A DNA stretch of 64,000 bases, from assembly GCA_963846575.1 (NCBI GenBank), contig CAWJWJ010000002.1, forward strand, positions 1,952,001-2,016,000, written 5' to 3'. A program made the position numbers and the translations under genes. Of the stretch, positions 19,926 to 29,603 are shown piece by piece (the stretch's first letter is position 1; each line of letters opens with the position of its first letter). Origin of the DNA: an uncultured Nitrospiraceae bacterium. GTDB taxonomy: Bacteria; Nitrospirota; Nitrospiria; Nitrospirales; Nitrospiraceae. Under the pieces are notes generated by a model. That model had not been told where the DNA came from. It saw nothing but the letters and a program-made list of their open reading frames with translations, and made no database searches.

Positions 19926-20813
19926 TCACGTACGGGCGCGGGCGAGGAAACCTGAGACGCCGGCTTTCGGGAAAAAGCGCGTCGCGAGACCTGGCGTGTA
20001 GTTTAAGAGAAATGCCTTGCCGATCCTCTTAATCGGGCTTGCAGGGACCGTGCGGTCCGTCGCTTGATACCACGCAACCAGCTCCAATCCATTCTTTGAT
20101 AACAATTCTTTGATTTCACTCTGCACAATCTCAAAAATCATGTGTTGGTACGGAGTGAATACCGAACCGCAGTCGGGACAGCACACAAAGCTCGCCTTTT
20201 CACTCAGAGGGACAGATGCCAGGTAATACCCTCCATCCCTCAATACTCTTCTCACTTCGGGGAAGGACCCGAGGAAGGTCTCCGGAAACGTATGTTCCAA
20301 GACCTCAGTACAGGTCAGCAGATCTACACAATCATCTTGCAGCGGGAGACGGGTGAGTGATCCAACTTGAAAATCAATATTTCTGGCCTGCTGAAATCTC
20401 GACCGGGCCGTCACTAGGGATGCCTCGGACACGTCGATTCCGGTAGACTTCGAACTCGGGTAGGTTTTGACGAGACAATCGATAAGGTTCCCATTGCCGC
20501 AACCTACATCGACGATCCTTGACGGTGTGCTACGAATCTGCAAACGAGCCCATGCGAGAAGATCCTTCCAGTATTCAATTGGATAGAATTGTTTCTGCAG
20601 AGCGCCATTCGTGGTCCAGATGGTCCAGAACCGCTGAATGCTCTCAGGGGACCACACATGATAGCGGGAGAGTGTGGACCGGCCAGATTTTCCGGAGAGT
20701 GCCTCTTGGCCGTCTAATTCATTCACAATATCGTTATAGAACTTCATAGTCTCCAGCCATTCCAATCCGTAGTTCGTGGTCTTAGCGACGTGGTTCCTAA
20801 CTATCAGGCTCAC
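19926..20813 (-). CDS. Class I SAM-dependent methyltransferase
   Basis: IVDVGCGNG, GIDVS, CTEVLEH, VRRVLRDGG; inserted CCPDCG...YQH possible metal site. Confidence 0.88.
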   Translation of the reverse strand: MSLIVRNHVAKTTNYGLEWLETMKFYNDIVNELDGQEALSGKSGRSTLSRYHVWSPESIQRFWTIWTTNGALQKQFYPIEYWKDLLAWARLQIRSTPSRIVDVGCGNGNLIDCLVKTYPSSKSTGIDVSEASLVTARSRFQQARNIDFQVGSLTRLPLQDDCVDLLTCTEVLEHTFPETFLGSFPEVRRVLRDGGYYLASVPLSEKASFVCCPDCGSVFTPYQHMIFEIVQSEIKELLSKNGLELVAWYQATDRTVPASPIKRIGKAFLLNYTPGLATRFFPKAGVSGFLARART

Positions 20814-20905
20814 GCATTCCAGAACCGAAGGGGGTCTGGCACTGAGCCAGTTAATACGCCTCGGACAGAAGGGTTACGTAACACGCAGTCACGGAAGGGA
20901 AACGG

Positions 20906-21898
20906 TCATAAACAGCCAACTCTTCTGGCAATTCTGACCGTAGTATTGAGGGGGTTCAGCCCTATGTCCAAGGCCTTCGCAAGTACGGCTCTCATAATGC
21001 GCGGGATGCTCATAGAAAACCCGAGTCGTTTGAGGGTCGTCCTATGATAGGACCAAAACCCTTTCGCCCGATTGCGAAACACTTTCGAACCCATGAACGT
21101 GTAGTAGCGATCCCACATCTTCCGGGTTTCCCGGTTAAACTCATCGGGACTGAGATAGTCGCGACCATATTTGAATAGGGTTTCGATCTCAGGAAGAAAC
21201 ATACAAATCTCGTCGAATCTGCTCGCGTTCTCTGGAAACACGCGCGAATAGGTCAGCACCTGGTGCACAAACCCAAAGTCCCGATCCCGCAGGACATCGA
21301 AACAGGCCTCCGAATCGGCGTGAAAACTCGCTTCGTTGTAGAACATCGGGCGGCTCCTCACGACATCGGCAGCGAACAGCACCGTCGTCGGTGTGCCGAA
21401 CACATTGGGGCCACCGAGCAACGTCTTCCTTCCCAGCTCTTTTCCATTGCTCACAGTACTCGGATAGGACAGCCCGTTGCAGATCACCGCGTTGTCCCTC
21501 AAGCTATAGGCACCGACTATGCCCACGTTCGGATTCGCCTCAGCCACTTCGACCATTTTCTCCACACATTCAGGAAACAACCAGTCTGGGGCATGCACCA
21601 TTTTGCAATATTTACTGTCCGCCGGAATGAGGCGGAAGGCCGTATTATGGTTTTCCATAATCGGAAGGAACTGCTGGGTCGTCATCACGCGGATTCGGGA
21701 GTCCTTTGCGGCGTATGAGTCGGCGATCTCCCGTGTCCGATCGGTGCTGCGATTGTTGAGGATATAGTATTGCCAATTCCGGTAGGTCTGAGCCAGGACG
21801 CTGTCGATGCACTCAGCGAGATACTTTTCGCCGTTGTATACCGGGGTGAGCACCGTCACTAACGGTTGATCAATCGCGTGCATAGTCGGAGGCCTCAC
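20906..21898 (-). CDS. Glycosyltransferase family 2
   Basis: VTVLTPVYNGEKYLAECIDSVLAQTY, NNRSTDRT. Confidence 0.92.
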   Translation of the reverse strand: MRPPTMHAIDQPLVTVLTPVYNGEKYLAECIDSVLAQTYRNWQYYILNNRSTDRTREIADSYAAKDSRIRVMTTQQFLPIMENHNTAFRLIPADSKYCKMVHAPDWLFPECVEKMVEVAEANPNVGIVGAYSLRDNAVICNGLSYPSTVSNGKELGRKTLLGGPNVFGTPTTVLFAADVVRSRPMFYNEASFHADSEACFDVLRDRDFGFVHQVLTYSRVFPENASRFDEICMFLPEIETLFKYGRDYLSPDEFNRETRKMWDRYYTFMGSKVFRNRAKGFWSYHRTTLKRLGFSMSIPRIMRAVLAKALDIGLNPLNTTVRIARRVGCL

Positions 21899-23442
21899 TT
21901 GTTGGCGGCAATGTAGAGCGCCGAGTCGCCAGTAAATGGAGCTGTGAAGGTTCGAACGCCGCCGCCGGTTGCGGTGCCGCCTGAGGTAGTCTCACCTGTT
22001 CCCACATTGAACCACTCGATCGCGAGGGATCCGGAAACGGCCGACAGGTCGACAGTGACCATCTTTGCTAAGGCTTCTTTCTGAAGGACGAAGCGAAGAA
22101 CTTTTCCCGCCCATGTCCGCCACAGCGATCCATAGTAGTCGACCGGAAGGTAGACGAGAAATTCGGTGTCGCCGTTGGTCAGGCAGTAGCCGGACGATGC
22201 AATCTTCGTGGAGGGCGTCATAGTGGCGAGCGGCATTCGTCGCGCAAAGAGTAACGTCTGACCCATGGCCCGCCGTGTGGCATCCCACACTTCACGATTC
22301 TCGCTCTTCATGTATCTGTTGAACTGGGGCTCGTCGAAGTCCATGAAAATGGGATGATACCCTCGCGCGAAACTTTTCCAGATCCATTCCGGAGTGCCTC
22401 CGAATCCCCAGAGATGGTCGGTATCGGCCAGCACGACCTTGCGTCCATCGGCAGGCGGCGGAGAAATTTTGTAGTGGTAATCCTTGGCTTGTACGCCCAG
22501 CACCGACCATTCGTTCGGCGACACCCAATCGGCTGGACTGTCGGCGAGTTCCGCATTCTCTCCATCCGGATACTCCACGGTCATGCCCACGGGATGTTGT
22601 TTCGGCTTCCCAGCCTCATACCGCTTGATGTATCGAATCAAGTGGTATTGCCATTCCTGCGAGTCACGATGACTTTCGTTGCTGATCTCGTACAGGACGT
22701 TATCAAGGTCGTTCACCGTGTCGATGACTTTTCTGACATAGGCCTCTTGAATCGTCGTGACGGCGGCGGACTTAAGCGTATGCACCTCCTTGCCCTCCCC
22801 GTCCTGATCGAGATCTCCCTCTATGCCGTTCACGTTGTTCTTGACATTGTATGGGTGTCCGGGCCACGGATTGAGACGATCCCCTTTTCCCTCAATGCTA
22901 AATCCTTGAAACAGCATGACCGAGACATAGATCTCGTGATCCTGTGCCGACTGCACTCTGGACCTCAGCCGATCAAAATACTCCTGATTCAGTTTGGTGA
23001 GATCAAACTTAGGCTGGCCGGAGCGATCGTTTCCAGGCCCCGTACGCTGATAGGGCAATGGATTGTCCGGCCACTTCCCCTGCGATGCAGGCACCGCGGA
23101 ATGTTCCCAAGCCCACAAACGAAAAAAGTTATGGTTATTTGTCTTGAGACGATTGAGATACCCCGCGTAGTCGAAACTCGCCTGGTCGCTCCAATCCTGC
23201 AGATTGTTCCAGACGTGGGAGCCGGTCAGGTAAATGGCCTGTCCCGTTCCGTCGGTAAAATACCGCGGGTTGGACGCAAGCACTTTTAAGGGACCTTTAC
23301 CAGGCAGAGAGTGTTCCTGCGGGATGGGAGGCGCTAAGGCCGCGCTGCCGGCAAAGCCGTCCGTGACTGTCAGGGCGATACTAAGGCCCACAATACTCAC
23401 GACGAACGCTCTCCGCTTACTGTCGGGTTGGCAAACGGTCAT
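21895..23442 (-). CDS. Exported glycoside-hydrolase-like TIM-barrel protein (DUF4038/DUF6298-type) with C-terminal putative collagen-binding-like domain
   Basis: SKRRAFVV leader plus hydrophobic stretch; NPRYFTD, YFDRLR, LYEISNE; C-terminal YLP...VDLS...IEWFN...F.APF.GD..LY. Confidence 0.7.
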   Translation of the reverse strand: MTVCQPDSKRRAFVVSIVGLSIALTVTDGFAGSAALAPPIPQEHSLPGKGPLKVLASNPRYFTDGTGQAIYLTGSHVWNNLQDWSDQASFDYAGYLNRLKTNNHNFFRLWAWEHSAVPASQGKWPDNPLPYQRTGPGNDRSGQPKFDLTKLNQEYFDRLRSRVQSAQDHEIYVSVMLFQGFSIEGKGDRLNPWPGHPYNVKNNVNGIEGDLDQDGEGKEVHTLKSAAVTTIQEAYVRKVIDTVNDLDNVLYEISNESHRDSQEWQYHLIRYIKRYEAGKPKQHPVGMTVEYPDGENAELADSPADWVSPNEWSVLGVQAKDYHYKISPPPADGRKVVLADTDHLWGFGGTPEWIWKSFARGYHPIFMDFDEPQFNRYMKSENREVWDATRRAMGQTLLFARRMPLATMTPSTKIASSGYCLTNGDTEFLVYLPVDYYGSLWRTWAGKVLRFVLQKEALAKMVTVDLSAVSGSLAIEWFNVGTGETTSGGTATGGGVRTFTAPFTGDSALYIAANK

Positions 23443-23449
23443 AGGAGAG

Positions 23450-24253
23450 TCACCTCTCCCCACTCACTGATGACGAGGCCGTAACAGCGGCCCTGGTCAT
23501 GGTCTTTAATTGACTCCGCGATTTGATGACTCGAGCCGGTGAGCCGACGGCAACAGCCCCGGCCGGGACATCATGTGTGACAACCGATCCGGCTCCGATC
23601 ACTGCCCCTTTGCCGATATGGACCCCGGACAAGACGATCACTCCGAACCCCAACCACGCATCATCCTCCACCCGGATTTTCCCCTTGGTCTGCAGGGGCT
23701 GTTGTCCGATGAGCAGGTCCGGTGCCACGCCGTGATCATACGAGTAAAAGGCACAGCCGGAGGCAATGTGCACGCCAACCCCAACCTCTATGGGAACGAG
23801 GCAAGCCGTGAACTGACATCGTGGTTGAATATGCGTGTTCGCTCCGATGCGAATCGCGCCTCCCTGCGCCGTCTGAAGATGCGAATCGCCAAAGATGTGC
23901 ACTCCATCCCCCACTTCAATGGACCCGCCGTCTTCGTCCTGGAACAATACGACTCGATCTCCGATAAAGACGTTGTTTCCCAGTTGAACATCCGGGCCGT
24001 GCAGCGTCGCCTGGAGCGACAGATACCCTTTCGGGTTGAACCAGGCCAGGCAGGAACGTCCACGGTCGGGCGGTACGAAACGGGTCGCACACCAGGTGGC
24101 ACACCGTCCGACCGGCCAGACCCACGCCCACAACATGCAAAAGTGAGCGCAATCCAGGGCCAATTTCCGCAACGTGTACATCAAGGAAGATCTTCTGGAT
24201 GGGCGATCGAAGGCCGATTGACAACGGAACGGCCTCATGAACAGGCAATACAT
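23450..24253 (-). CDS. Hexapeptide-repeat (LbH) O-acyltransferase
   Basis: VEDDAWLGFGVIVLSGVHIGKGAVIGAGSVVTHDVP...VGSPARVI; start may be 24181. Confidence 0.9.
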   Translation of the reverse strand: MYCLFMRPFRCQSAFDRPSRRSSLMYTLRKLALDCAHFCMLWAWVWPVGRCATWCATRFVPPDRGRSCLAWFNPKGYLSLQATLHGPDVQLGNNVFIGDRVVLFQDEDGGSIEVGDGVHIFGDSHLQTAQGGAIRIGANTHIQPRCQFTACLVPIEVGVGVHIASGCAFYSYDHGVAPDLLIGQQPLQTKGKIRVEDDAWLGFGVIVLSGVHIGKGAVIGAGSVVTHDVPAGAVAVGSPARVIKSRSQLKTMTRAAVTASSSVSGER

Positions 24254-24271
24254 CCCGGCAGCCGAGTACGT

Positions 24272-25615
24272 CTATCCGTTGCACTGCCCCTGCGGCACCA
24301 CTCCAAGCCCCTCCGCCGCACCAACCTCAGATTGCGTCTCCCATCTGCAAAACGGCCGAATGACTCCCGGCACTGCATAGGGCCACCCGCCACGGGCCGA
24401 TTCTTCATCGTAGGAGTCGACGACATGAAACGCGACAACATCCCGCTCGTAGAAGTGGCAATGCTCCGGATTGAGCGTCCAGATCGCCACGCCGACAAAC
24501 ATGGCGCCCTCGTTCAACAGATCGCCCGGGATCCATCCGATGCTGACATAACGCCCTGCTGGCCGCGCCCGTCGTCTCCACGTGCCGTCTGTGTCCTGTG
24601 CGGAGAACAAATGCACGCCTTCACCATTGTGCACACTGAAACAGGGATGAAAAACATGGCCTCCCTTGAGCACTTCGTACTCGATCTCGACCCCCAGCGG
24701 TTTCCGGATGTCGACGAGGTCCGTGGTCTGACCATCTTCGGTACGTGTCCGCACCGCACAGAGCCGCACCACATCGCTTCCCGGGGCCCTCACCGGATCA
24801 TCCCATGCCCGCAGTTTGGTGTTCCCTTCACTCGACGATAGGTACCGGGTCACCATCTGGCCCGCCGGCCCATCACCGACCACGCCCCCGGCATCAAGCA
24901 AAATGACCCGTTGGCAGAGGCGCGTCACGGCTTGCATATTATGGCTGACAAACAGGACCGTCCGGCCTTCCTTGGCCACGCCCTCCATCTTGCCCAGGCA
25001 CTTCTTTTGAAACGCCGCGTCCCCGACCGCCAGCACTTCGTCCACGATGAGGATCTCCGGTTCAAGATGCGCCGCAACCGAAAACGCCAGGCGCAGATAC
25101 ATACCGCTGGAATAGTGCTTCACGGGCGTATCGATGAACTTTTCGACCTCCGCAAACGCCACGATTTCGTCGAATTTGGAGGCTAGCTCCTCCCGTTTCA
25201 TCCCCAGGATGGCACCGTTCAGCTGAATGTTCTCTCGCCCCGTCAGTTCCGGATGGAACCCCGTCCCCACTTCCAAGAGCGAACCCACACGTCCATACAG
25301 CGATACTTGTCCCAGGGTAGGCTCGGTAATTCGCGACAGGATTTTGAGCAGCGTGCTTTTACCAGCGCCGTTGCGGCCGATGATGCCGACGACCTCTCCG
25401 CGACGAATGTCGAACGAGACATTTTTAACCGCCCAGAAGTCTTCATCAGACGAGGGGCCGACGGCCACCCGGCCACGAAGCAGTCCCTGCAAGCGATGGA
25501 GTGGCGCTCGGAATGTTTCGGTGATCGTGTCGCGCAGGGTCGCATACCGTTGCGGCTGCCGTCCGACACGATACTGTTTCCAGAGTTCCTCTACCCGAAC
25601 CGCGAGATCAGCCAT
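24272..25615 (-). CDS. wzt: Polysaccharide ABC transporter ATP-binding protein with C-terminal Wzt_C carbohydrate-binding domain
   Basis: GRNGAGKST, PELTGREN, YSSGM, IVDEVLAVGD, VSH; ~180-aa beta-rich C-terminal extension. Confidence 0.93.
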   Translation of the reverse strand: MADLAVRVEELWKQYRVGRQPQRYATLRDTITETFRAPLHRLQGLLRGRVAVGPSSDEDFWAVKNVSFDIRRGEVVGIIGRNGAGKSTLLKILSRITEPTLGQVSLYGRVGSLLEVGTGFHPELTGRENIQLNGAILGMKREELASKFDEIVAFAEVEKFIDTPVKHYSSGMYLRLAFSVAAHLEPEILIVDEVLAVGDAAFQKKCLGKMEGVAKEGRTVLFVSHNMQAVTRLCQRVILLDAGGVVGDGPAGQMVTRYLSSSEGNTKLRAWDDPVRAPGSDVVRLCAVRTRTEDGQTTDLVDIRKPLGVEIEYEVLKGGHVFHPCFSVHNGEGVHLFSAQDTDGTWRRRARPAGRYVSIGWIPGDLLNEGAMFVGVAIWTLNPEHCHFYERDVVAFHVVDSYDEESARGGWPYAVPGVIRPFCRWETQSEVGAAEGLGVVPQGQCNG

Positions 25616-25620
25616 GCGTT

Positions 25621-26490
25621 TCATACCCTGTCAGAAAAGGTGACTTCCATTCGTCGGAAATACAATGCACCGGTGATCAGAACGAGTACGCTAGCGACCA
25701 CGGACACGATGAGCATGGGGCCAGGCGACGTCTCGGTTCCGAGGAGGGCCCACCGAAATCCTTCCACGACACCGACCATTGGATTCAAGCCATATAACGT
25801 ACGCAATGGCTCCGACAGGAGACTGCTCGGATAGGCGATCGGCGTGGCAAACAACCACAGCTGGGTGAGGAACGGGATTACGTAACGCACATCACGATAC
25901 TGAACGTTCAGTGCGGAAAGCCAAAGTCCGATCCCCAAGGAGGCGATACAGGCCAAAGCGAGGAACAACGGCAACCAGAGCACGGCGATGGTCGGCACAA
26001 TGCCGTAGTACAATATGAGCGCGACCAGCACCAGGAACGAACAGAGAAAATCTACCGATCCGGAAATCACGCTCGCGATCGGCACGGCCAAGCGCGGAAA
26101 ATACACTTTCTTCAACAGACTGGCGTTTTCGACGAGACTCCCCGCCGACTGGGTGATCCCGTTAGAGAAGAACATCCAAGGCACTAGTGCCGTGAATACG
26201 AAGAGCGGGTACGGAATTCCATCCGACGGCATCTTTGCCAACCGTCCAAAAAACAAGCTAAAGAGCACCATCGTCATCACCGGCTGAAGGATGGCCCACG
26301 CCACACCTAGCGCCGTCTGCTTGTAGCGAACTTTGATATCCCGCCAGCAGAAAAAATACAGCAGTTCGCGATAGTCCCATAGATCCTTCAGGCCAAGTTG
26401 TTGCCAGCCTCGCTTGGGACGAAGTATAAGCAGCGGTTCCTGGACCATAGGCCCTGCTGCAACTCTTTCCAGTTTGACTGTCTGCTCCAC
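25621..26490 (-). CDS. wzm: Polysaccharide ABC transporter permease
   Basis: RDIKVRYKQTALGVAWAILQP, KKVYFPR, YRDV, TPIAYP, LNPM. Confidence 0.95.
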   Translation of the reverse strand: MEQTVKLERVAAGPMVQEPLLILRPKRGWQQLGLKDLWDYRELLYFFCWRDIKVRYKQTALGVAWAILQPVMTMVLFSLFFGRLAKMPSDGIPYPLFVFTALVPWMFFSNGITQSAGSLVENASLLKKVYFPRLAVPIASVISGSVDFLCSFLVLVALILYYGIVPTIAVLWLPLFLALACIASLGIGLWLSALNVQYRDVRYVIPFLTQLWLFATPIAYPSSLLSEPLRTLYGLNPMVGVVEGFRWALLGTETSPGPMLIVSVVASVLVLITGALYFRRMEVTFSDRV

Positions 26491-26577
26491 GGATTCACCT
26501 CGACTGCTGTCTGACTATGCTCATCACGAACCGGCTGCGATCCATACTGAGGCGGTTCACTTTATCTCACGGTTTCG

Positions 26578-27924
26578 CTATTTCCATTTCGCCGTCAGTG
26601 ACAGGATGACGACATCGCGCTGCACTTCAAACGGCTGGCCCGGCTGTGTCAGCTTAAAGTCGCTGTAGCTGTAGTTCAGATCCAGCATCATGGTCCGGGT
26701 CAGGTAGTATTTGAACCCTGCTATCGCGTTGATGTTCTCAAATGTGACGGATTTCCCCGGGACCGTTTCGCTATACCCGTAACTGACACTGCCCTCCAGA
26801 CTGAATCGCTTGGACAGCCGCTGCGTCACGGCCAGTTGTGCCACGTTGCTGATCGTCGCGCCCCCCACGATAAAGAAGGAAGGCGCTGCACGGCGGGATA
26901 ACTCGAGACGGAGAGACGTTGCCCGTTCAAGGTTGGTCGTAATTATCAGCTCGGCACTCGGAAACCCCTTGCTCGCAGGTTCAATCAGAGTAGCACCGCC
27001 CTGGAATGTCACCGTCCACTCAGGCATCACGCGAGTGTACTTTGCCCACAGCTCCTGAGTGTTGTATTCGACCTTCTGCCCACCGCTGGTCAGGGTCTGT
27101 GTCACGAGGCCTTGTTGATACGAGAACGACAGATAGTCGACTGGAGTAAGGCGGTAACTGGGACCAAGAGACCAGCTGTGTATGTTGGTGTCAAAGAAGG
27201 CCGCGCCGGTGCTACTGAGTACGAGAATCGACCCGACCCTGAAGGTTGAGAACGAGTAGCTGCCCTGCAAACCCAAACCCCGGAATAATGGATAGTCGCC
27301 ATTCACCGAGGCTGTGTTGGAAAAAGTGTTGGCTCGAAATCCCTGGATACCTCTCAGAAATGGATCGTCGATACTCTGGGGTCTGGTCCCTGTGAGAAAA
27401 CTGGGTTGCTCGGGCGTATAGCGAAATCGATCGGCTATGAGTAAATGCGCCCCCTCCGTCAGCCGTCCGGCCCATCCATCCAACTTGGCATAAGCCTCGG
27501 CCAAGGTAGAAAAATAGTTCAAGCTTGTATTGTAGGCATAAGCGTTTGCATCTGCTCCGCCCAGTAGACTCGCCTCGACATCCCGAGTTTTATGAAGAAC
27601 CTGGACTTCGCCCGCAATGGTGGACACGAAATCACTCGGCCGCTGACCGGGAGGGAGGAGTTCCGGCGGCGCATAAAAGACGTTCGAATCGTAACGTCCT
27701 GACGCTGTCACTGCCGGGATGATCTTCGTGTCGGCAGACACTGGACCAGGCTGCACTGCGTCAATACCGAGGGCCATTCCGCACGCGAGGACCGTCACCC
27801 GTCCGAGCCGATGGACAAAAGCCGCTGTGGTCCCTCTATGCCTCCACGATGCGATCACGGAAACCGGTATTGTGCGAAGCTGCCTACCCGCCGGACCCGC
27901 TAGGCGGGAGATGTTACATGACAT
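26578..27924 (-). CDS. Outer-membrane beta-barrel protein associated with polysaccharide export
   Basis: YDSNVF near the mature N-terminus, many amphipathic beta-strands, C-terminal LSLTAKWK aromatic BAM-type signature; adjacent to the OPX genes. Start uncertain. Confidence 0.75.
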   Translation of the reverse strand: MSCNISRLAGPAGRQLRTIPVSVIASWRHRGTTAAFVHRLGRVTVLACGMALGIDAVQPGPVSADTKIIPAVTASGRYDSNVFYAPPELLPPGQRPSDFVSTIAGEVQVLHKTRDVEASLLGGADANAYAYNTSLNYFSTLAEAYAKLDGWAGRLTEGAHLLIADRFRYTPEQPSFLTGTRPQSIDDPFLRGIQGFRANTFSNTASVNGDYPLFRGLGLQGSYSFSTFRVGSILVLSSTGAAFFDTNIHSWSLGPSYRLTPVDYLSFSYQQGLVTQTLTSGGQKVEYNTQELWAKYTRVMPEWTVTFQGGATLIEPASKGFPSAELIITTNLERATSLRLELSRRAAPSFFIVGGATISNVAQLAVTQRLSKRFSLEGSVSYGYSETVPGKSVTFENINAIAGFKYYLTRTMMLDLNYSYSDFKLTQPGQPFEVQRDVVILSLTAKWK

Positions 27925-28204
27925 GACAGCCGCACAGGCTCCGGGAATTGTATCGTGGTAGACCTCGAATAGCAGCCGAACCTCAGTTCGGTCAGCTACC
28001 CTCTTTCAAGAACATCCGGAGGGCGTCGGAGAGGATGCGCAAGAGATGATGCGACCGGTGTCCTGGCCGAGAACCGGCAGACAGCGTTAAAAAAACCGGA
28101 CCTAATGCCTGGAGTCGAATCGCTTGGAAAGTCCGATCGCTCGCACTCGATCTTCGAGGGGGCAGGCCTTCGAAGCACCTCCGAGGAAAGTCTTGCCTGA
28201 CCGG

Positions 28205-28819
28205 CTACGGCACGATCACGGTATCGCCGGAAAGCAGAATAATGTTCCCCGGCTCTCCCCGTCCGACCAACAGATCGTCGTAACGGACAGGGATTCTCGT
28301 CTCATGAATCTTATTGTCGCCATTCATCCTGGTGCGAACCACTTGTAGATTGTTCTTCTTTGCGTATTCCGTAAAACCGCCGCCCATGGAAATGGCCTGT
28401 AACAGGGTGACATACGATTTGGCCGGGTATTTGCCGGGTTTAGTCACCTCTCCCAAGACAAAGATTGAATAACTATTGAGTTCCTTCACGCTCACTGACA
28501 CAGCAGGGTTTCCTGCCACGAACTGCTTCAGGCGCTCAGAAATGCGATGAGACAAGCCGTCAGCTGTCAGGCCGGATGCCTGGACGTCGCCAATGATCGG
28601 CATCGAGATCAGTCCATCGGGTCGAATCGACGTCGTCCTCGACAGATCCGCATTTTTCCAGACTGTGATCTCCAGTACGTCCTCGGGACCCAGCATAAAC
28701 CCGCCGGGAGCGTCATAGTTCCGCTCTTGAACGATCGACGTACATCCGAGAGCCGTGGTGCCCATCAGGGCCACGGCAAGAACAGCCAATTTCAACTTAC
28801 TGTGCCGTAGTATTTTCAT
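28205..28819 (-). CDS. wza: Short polysaccharide export (OPX/Wza-family) lipoprotein
   Basis: Lipobox ALG-C; LGPEDVLEITVW, IRPDGLISMP..G, SLBB domain (VLGEVTKPG..LLQAISMGGG), ends GDTVIVP. Confidence 0.9.
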   Translation of the reverse strand: MKILRHSKLKLAVLAVALMGTTALGCTSIVQERNYDAPGGFMLGPEDVLEITVWKNADLSRTTSIRPDGLISMPIIGDVQASGLTADGLSHRISERLKQFVAGNPAVSVSVKELNSYSIFVLGEVTKPGKYPAKSYVTLLQAISMGGGFTEYAKKNNLQVVRTRMNGDNKIHETRIPVRYDDLLVGRGEPGNIILLSGDTVIVP

Positions 28820-28846
28820 GCTATCTCTGCCTGGTACTCTCTTTCG

Positions 28847-29545
28847 TTATTGCGGCTGACCTGGAAATACGACCATCGCTTCGCTGGGTACGACGACGGT
28901 GTCCCCTGATTTGAGCTCGAGATTCCCGGCAATGCCGCCTCGCAACACAATATCATCGTAGCTGGACATCAACGTCTGCATGCCGGACCCGTTTTCCCCG
29001 AACCTGAAGATGACCACCTGGTTCCTAGCCGCGACGGGGGTGAACCCGCCCGCAATCGTGATTCCCTGCAGCAAGGTGGTTTTGCTTTTCAGCGGGTATT
29101 TACCGGGCCGGACAACCTCTCCCAACACAAAGATGCTGTAACTGTTCACCTCCTTCACGCTGATCGCCACCACCGGATTCTGCACATATTCTTTCAGTTT
29201 TCGAGTGATCTCATCGGCGAGTTGGGATGGAGTCTTCCCGACAGCCACCACGTCTCGGATGACCGGCAAGGAGAACCTCCCATCGGGACGGACCTGGACC
29301 GTTTTGGAAAGATCTTGATTCCTCCAGATCGTAATTTCCAGCACATCCTCGGCGCCGATGGTATAGGCATCCGTGACTATGTTCGAGAGTTTCTCGATTG
29401 CTTGAGCCGGAGATCCGCTCGAAGGCGAGGCCTCCAATGCATGAACCCCGTTCGATCCAGAACCTGGAGACAGTTGTGCGAAGGCTGGCACCACTCCAGC
29501 GCCCACCATTAACACAAAAATTTGTATGGCAGATAACAAACGCAT
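28847..29545 (-). CDS. wza: Short polysaccharide export (OPX/Wza-family) periplasmic protein, paralogue of the neighbouring gene
   Basis: Sec/SPI-type signal AFA-Q; IGAEDVLEITIW, VRPDGRFSLP, VLGEVVRPG, GDTVVVP. Confidence 0.9.
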   Translation of the reverse strand: MRLLSAIQIFVLMVGAGVVPAFAQLSPGSGSNGVHALEASPSSGSPAQAIEKLSNIVTDAYTIGAEDVLEITIWRNQDLSKTVQVRPDGRFSLPVIRDVVAVGKTPSQLADEITRKLKEYVQNPVVAISVKEVNSYSIFVLGEVVRPGKYPLKSKTTLLQGITIAGGFTPVAARNQVVIFRFGENGSGMQTLMSSYDDIVLRGGIAGNLELKSGDTVVVPSEAMVVFPGQPQ

Positions 29546-29603
29546 GATAAGCCCTCCGCACCCTCAACAGTTTGGTCAACCCAAGCAGGAAGAGGTCACG
29601 CGA

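Noticed and set aside
23573..24841. Long plus-strand ORFs (e.g. 23573-24841, 22354-23289, 42223-43107, 50238-51062, 98-574)
   Set aside because: Antisense shadows of well-supported minus-strand genes in GC-rich DNA; no recognisable motifs.
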